11,566 nucleotides of DNA from an uncultured Myxococcales bacterium (GTDB lineage: Bacteria; Myxococcota; UBA4151). Positions 7,572 through 11,566 of the stretch are shown piece by piece. The DNA lies in the NCBI GenBank assembly GCA_964013405.1, contig CAXGWI010000111.1, forward strand, positions 1-11,566, read 5' to 3'. Each line of letters begins with the position of its first letter. Position 1 is the stretch's first letter. Under the pieces are notes generated by a model. The model searched no databases. It worked only from the letters and a program-made list of their open reading frames with translations, and had not been told where the DNA came from. Made by a program: the position numbers and the translations under genes.

Positions 7572-7769
7572 GGGGAGCCTCCCGAACAACCAGGCTGCGC
7601 ACTGTTATGGGCCAATTTGCTCGGAATCAAGACGTGTCCACCATTCGCGGGTGGAACAGTTGGCGCACTCATCTGGACGATATGCGATAAACCGCTGACG
7701 GAAAGGAAAACTCGTATCGACAGGGGTATGGCCAAAAGATAACAAACGTTAGAAATAACTTGCTCGCCA
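7572..7769. promoter_or_regulatory. Divergent intergenic region that should hold the promoters for both gene strings
   Basis: Only non-coding stretch in the window. It sits between head-to-head starts and is more AT-rich near 7700-7760 (e.g. caaaagataacaaacgttagaaataactt). It contains the SD for the isoamylase (GGGAGG on the minus strand, 7583-7578). Exact -35/-10 elements could not be assigned. Confidence 0.6.
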
Positions 7770-10283
7770 ATGAAAACCGAATTGATGCCTCCAAATTCTC
7801 CAGCCCAATCACCAGCCCTCCTCCCCCTACAGAGCCTCGCCTTTTGGCAGCGCTTCGGAACCCACCCCGCAGTGTCTCCGGCGACCTGGCATGAGGCCGC
7901 AGCGACCCTAAGCGAGTTCAACATCGACCTCAGCGGCAGCGAACTCGCAGCCCTCGCTTTAATTCAAGAGTCGCTCCTCGATGTCATGCGTTCTCCCGCA
8001 GGCAAGACGAGGTCTGTGCCCCAACTGCAGACGATGGAACTCGGTCAATTCTGGCACTACCGTTCAGACATCGCCCCAGCGGAGGCTGCTGTCCTCGTCC
8101 TGGCGCTGCGCCACAACCCAGCGCTCCTTGCCTGTGAACCGCTGCTCGGATTTTCGGGCATCGATCGCTTGGGTCTCGACCAAAGCACCTGCTTTGAGTG
8201 GATGACTGCGGATCGTTCTGAAGTTGCCCTCCTGCCATGGCTCACCCAGCCCTTTCGGGTGGCCGGCGACTCCTTGAAGTCCCAGCTCTTGTGGATTCTT
8301 GACCATTGGTCCGAACTCATCACCGAGGCGCGACAACAGCAATTGCTCCTCGCCTTGGACGAACTTGAGGAGCACCATCGTCACCGGAGCGCTGGACCTG
8401 GACCTGCGCCCAGCTTTGGCCCGCTGGCTGATCACAAGGACAAGCCAAGCGAAGACCTGGGGGCCGATCGCTACAGCGACGACGAGGACTGGATGTGTCA
8501 GATGGTTTTGGTCGCCAAACAGACACTGGTCTGGCTCGATCAACTCAGCCATGACTACGGGCAGCCAATTGAGCGCTTAGATCAGATTCCGCTCGAAGCG
8601 CTGCAAGGGCTTGTAGACCGGGGCTTCAAGGGGCTTTGGCTCATCGGTCTCTGGGAACGCTCACCGGCAAGCCGAAAGATCAAGCAACTTCGAGGTCATA
8701 TGGAAGCCGAGGCTTCCGCCTATGCGCTGATGGACTATGAGATTGCTGCCTCACTCGGTGGCGAACAAGGCTACCTTGAGTTGAAACGACGAGCAGACCA
8801 GGTCGGCTTACGTTTGGCCGCGGACATGGTCCCCAACCATACGGGCATCGACAGCGCTTGGATGCGCGCCCACCCCGAGCGCTTTGTGCAACTGCAGGCG
8901 CCCCCCTTCGGGAATTACCGCTTCGAGGGGCCCGATCTCTGCAGTGACCCCAGCATCTCGATCCACCTCGAAGAAGGTTACTGGCAAGAAAGCGATGCAG
9001 CGGTGGTCTTCCGACGAATCGATCACAATACAGGGGAGGCCAGCTACATCTACCACGGCAATGACGGCACCCAAATGCCCTGGAACGATACAGCTCAGTT
9101 GGACTTCCTCAACCCGGATGTCCGTGAGGCCGTCATCCAAGCCATTCTGAAGGTGGCTCGACGGTTCCCAGTGATTCGCTTCGATGCGGCCATGACCCTG
9201 GCCCGCCAACACATCCAACGGCTATGGCATCCCCGGCCCGGCGATGGGGGCGCCATTCCGTCTCGCTCGGCCCACGGCGTCGACCCAGACACCTTCGATG
9301 CGATGATTCCCAGAGAATTTTGGCAGGAGGTGGTGGCAAGAATCCAATCGGAAGTTCCAGACACCCTGCTCCTGGCGGAAGCCTTCTGGATGATGGAAGG
9401 CTACTTTGTCCGAGAACTCGGGATGCACCGGGTCTACAATAGCGCCTTCATGCATATGCTACGGGACGAAAACAACGCCGAGTACCGCCGGGGGATCAAA
9501 GAGATCCTCGCCACGAACCCAGGCATCCTTGAGCGCTTCGTCAACTTCATGAACAATCCCGACGAAGAGACGGCAGCCGCACAGTTCGGTACCGGCGATA
9601 AGTACTTTGGCATCGCGACGCTGATGGCGACGCTTCCCGGCCTACCGCTCTTTGGACATGGACAGTTCGAAGGCTACCGGGAGAAGTATGGCATGGAGTT
9701 TAAGCGGGCCTATGGGGGCGAAGCGATCGATGACGGCTTACTCGAACATCATCTTCGGGTGATCACCCCCCTGTTGAACGCACGGCACCGCTTTGCTGGG
9801 GTCCGGGACTTTCGCCTCTTTGACTGGCATCAGGCGCACGGATCCGTGGATGAGAATGTCTTCGCCTACACCAATCGCAGTCCGATCGACGGTCGAGCCA
9901 GCTTCGTCATTTACAATAACGCCTACGAGACCACCGCTGGAACCATCCACTGGAGTGCGCCCGTGCCCCAGGGAGAACGTGGTCTCGAAGCAGAAGACCT
10001 GCTTTCTGCTCTCGGTTGTCCCGAAGACCGCTTCTGCGCACTCTACAGTCCCTATGGAGATGCTTGGCTCGTGAGCGAACAGACAACCGTGGCTGACCAC
10101 GGTCTGAGACTGGAACTACAAGGTTACGAAGTGCAATTCTTTGATCGGATTGAGCCCCTCAGCGCCCTCTCCCCAGCCTGGCACGATCTCTTGGCTGAAC
10201 AAGGCAGCGTTTGGTTGACGAGCGAGGAGTTTCACCAGCTGAGGAGCCCGTTAGAAGTCCACGGGTACAAAGCCTGTGTCTGA
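7770..10283 (+). CDS. Cytoplasmic alpha-amylase family (GH13) catalytic-domain protein with an atypical region IV and a helical N-terminal extension, 837 aa
   Basis: No signal peptide. GH13 barrel motifs: GFKGLWLIGLWERS, SAYALMDY, region I LAADMVPNHTG, PWNDTAQLDF, region II IRFDAAM (Asp 9183-9185), region III LLAEAFW (Glu 9378-9380), region IV NFMNNPDEE (Asp 9561-9563), TLPGLPLFGHGQ. The C-terminal beta domain includes VFAYTN...FVIYNN. The start is uncertain (no clear SD; alternative ATG at 7785). Confidence 0.88.
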   Translation: MKTELMPPNSPAQSPALLPLQSLAFWQRFGTHPAVSPATWHEAAATLSEFNIDLSGSELAALALIQESLLDVMRSPAGKTRSVPQLQTMELGQFWHYRSDIAPAEAAVLVLALRHNPALLACEPLLGFSGIDRLGLDQSTCFEWMTADRSEVALLPWLTQPFRVAGDSLKSQLLWILDHWSELITEARQQQLLLALDELEEHHRHRSAGPGPAPSFGPLADHKDKPSEDLGADRYSDDEDWMCQMVLVAKQTLVWLDQLSHDYGQPIERLDQIPLEALQGLVDRGFKGLWLIGLWERSPASRKIKQLRGHMEAEASAYALMDYEIAASLGGEQGYLELKRRADQVGLRLAADMVPNHTGIDSAWMRAHPERFVQLQAPPFGNYRFEGPDLCSDPSISIHLEEGYWQESDAAVVFRRIDHNTGEASYIYHGNDGTQMPWNDTAQLDFLNPDVREAVIQAILKVARRFPVIRFDAAMTLARQHIQRLWHPRPGDGGAIPSRSAHGVDPDTFDAMIPREFWQEVVARIQSEVPDTLLLAEAFWMMEGYFVRELGMHRVYNSAFMHMLRDENNAEYRRGIKEILATNPGILERFVNFMNNPDEETAAAQFGTGDKYFGIATLMATLPGLPLFGHGQFEGYREKYGMEFKRAYGGEAIDDGLLEHHLRVITPLLNARHRFAGVRDFRLFDWHQAHGSVDENVFAYTNRSPIDGRASFVIYNNAYETTAGTIHWSAPVPQGERGLEAEDLLSALGCPEDRFCALYSPYGDAWLVSEQTTVADHGLRLELQGYEVQFFDRIEPLSALSPAWHDLLAEQGSVWLTSEEFHQLRSPLEVHGYKACV

Positions 10284-11566
10284 TCCTGCATCGCGGCCAT
10301 CGCCGGCTGTCTGTTTCCATGGGCATTTTTACCAGCCCTCGCGGATTGATCCTTGGACCCAATCTTGGGACCCCCAACCCTCGGCTGCTCCGTTTCGGGA
10401 CTGGAACACGCGTATCGCCGCGGAATGCTATGGTCCCAACCTGCAGGCCCGTCTTCTTGATGAGCAAGGCCGGACTCGAGACATCATCAATACCTACAGC
10501 CGCATCAGCTTCGATGTGGGACCGACACTCATTCAATGGTTGGAACATAATGCGCCGTGGATCCTCGAAGGCCTGATCGAAGCGGATCGAGAGAGCCTGC
10601 ATCGGACAGGCCACGGTGCAGCCATGGCCCAAGCCTATCACCACCCCATCCTACCCCTATGTGATGCGCAAGATCGGGATCTAGAGATTCGATGGGGCCT
10701 CGATGCCTTTGAACGCTGCTTCGGTCGCCCCTCAGAGGGCTTGTGGTTACCGGAGACCGCCGTGGATACGGCAACCCTCATCGCTTGCGCCGAAGCTGGC
10801 GTTGAGTTCGTCGTCCTCTCTGCCCAACAAATTGAGGCGATCCGTGGACCGGGAGCCACCGCTTGGCAGGCAGCGGACGCGGTCGATTTGATCGATGGGC
10901 GCGGCTACCGGGTTCAACTCCCCAACGGCGCGCACATCAGCGTACTTCCCTATGCCATGGACCTTTCCGCTGGGATCTCCTTTGGAGGCTGGCTGCACGA
11001 CGGTGAGAATTTGGCGCAACGTCTGTTGGCAGCAGCCAAAACTCGGGGTCTCGCCCTCACTGCCACCGATGGTGAAAGCTACGGTCACCATCACGCCTAC
11101 GGGGAGATGGCCCTCGCTCGAGCCCTGGAAGTTCTCGCCGATGACCCATCGGTTCAGGTCACCAATGCGGCAGCCTTTCTTCGCCAAGAAGCCATCACCT
11201 GGGAGGCTCGGGTTCGTGAGGAGAGCAGTTGGAGTTGCGCCCACGGTGTGGAGCGCTGGCGCAGCGATTGCGGTTGCCGGGCCGATGGGGGCCGGGACTG
11301 GCATCAGGCCTGGAGAGGCCCGTTGCGCAGTGCACTCGAATCCTTACGGGACGCAGGGCGGGAGGCCCTGGCGCCGGCGGGAGCCCAATGGTTCTGCGAC
11401 CCACAGGCTGCCCTAAGGGACTATGGACAAGTCCTTGAGACCCCAGACGCTTTTGCAGCCTGGCATGAAGTGCGTCGGAGCCCAGGGGTCAGCCCCGGTC
11501 ACCCTGAAGCCAAACAATGGCTCGACGCACACCGACACCTGATGGCGATGTTCACCAGTTGTGCTT
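10276..11566 (+). CDS. Glycoside hydrolase family 57 protein, DUF3536-associated type, 3'-truncated by the window edge
   Basis: Not in the ORF track; translated by hand. After the in-frame TAG at 10252-10254, the only start before the first motif is GTG 10276 (8-nt overlap GTGTCTGA with the upstream gene). 430 codons are open to the edge. Motifs: CFHGHFYQP, APFRDWNTRIAAECY, ISFDVGPTLIQWL, AQAYHHPILPL, GLWLPETA (nucleophile Glu 10753-10755), ATDGESYGHH (acid/base Asp 11068-11070), SSWSCAHGVERW..DCGC, MFTSC. Confidence 0.92.
   Translation, partial: MSDPASRPSPAVCFHGHFYQPSRIDPWTQSWDPQPSAAPFRDWNTRIAAECYGPNLQARLLDEQGRTRDIINTYSRISFDVGPTLIQWLEHNAPWILEGLIEADRESLHRTGHGAAMAQAYHHPILPLCDAQDRDLEIRWGLDAFERCFGRPSEGLWLPETAVDTATLIACAEAGVEFVVLSAQQIEAIRGPGATAWQAADAVDLIDGRGYRVQLPNGAHISVLPYAMDLSAGISFGGWLHDGENLAQRLLAAAKTRGLALTATDGESYGHHHAYGEMALARALEVLADDPSVQVTNAAAFLRQEAITWEARVREESSWSCAHGVERWRSDCGCRADGGRDWHQAWRGPLRSALESLRDAGREALAPAGAQWFCDPQAALRDYGQVLETPDAFAAWHEVRRSPGVSPGHPEAKQWLDAHRHLMAMFTSCA

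Noticed and set aside
1536..7589. Longest-ORF starts at 1598 (GTG), 3709 (TTG) and 7589 (TTG)
   Set aside because: Downstream ATGs at 1535, 3676 and 7571 have well-spaced SD sequences, give canonical signal peptides or domain starts, and reduce overlaps.
7596..7621. Sigma-54 promoter-like sequences (TTGGCCCATAACAGTGC on minus; TGGGCCAATTTGC on plus)
   Set aside because: GG-to-GC spacing is 11 nt and 8 nt or less, not the required 10 nt.
7568..7924. 118-aa minus-strand ORF spanning the divergent spacer
   Set aside because: It overlaps the GH13 gene antisense, covers the presumed promoter region and has no recognisable features.
10240..10290. GH13-GH57 fusion broken by a frameshift, or programmed frameshifting
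   Set aside because: The GH13 has a complete C-terminal domain and stop, the GH57 frame has its own GTG just before the first motif, no slippery sequence is evident, and short overlaps occur at every junction here.
10159..11438. ORF-track calls at the right end (10159-10644 -, 10211-10576 +, 10747-11304 -, 10895-11416 +, others)
   Set aside because: All overlap the GH57 reading frame 10276->edge, which carries the family motifs and was omitted only because it has no stop in the window.
1..11566. CRISPR arrays, tRNA/rRNA, IS elements, defence systems, intrinsic terminators
   Set aside because: The window is almost entirely coding; I saw no tandem repeat arrays, transposase or nuclease motifs, or hairpin-plus-U-tract after a stop codon.

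Overview
This GC-rich bacterial window is almost fully coding and devoted to alpha-glucan (starch/glycogen/maltodextrin) metabolism, arranged as two divergent gene strings around a ~200-bp spacer (7572-7769). The minus-strand operon encodes, in order: a lipoprotein isoamylase/debranching enzyme (GH13 + CBM48), a divergent LamB/maltoporin-like outer-membrane barrel, a lipoprotein alpha-amylase (unknown N-terminal domain + GH13 + CBM20), a MalK-type ABC ATPase, and a MalE-like binding protein. The last is missing from the ORF track and runs off the left edge. The plus-strand string encodes a cytoplasmic atypical GH13 protein (region IV NNPD instead of NHD) overlapping a GH57/DUF3536-type glycoside hydrolase, which is also missing from the ORF track and runs off the right edge. 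Every gene junction overlaps by 1-13 nt. The porin and lipoproteins indicate a diderm; a Myxococcota/Bdellovibrionota-like host is a guess. The most interesting aspect is a porin-based, SusCD-free, PUL-like alpha-glucan harvesting system with two membrane-anchored enzymes flanking the porin. No RNA genes, mobile elements or CRISPR arrays were seen.
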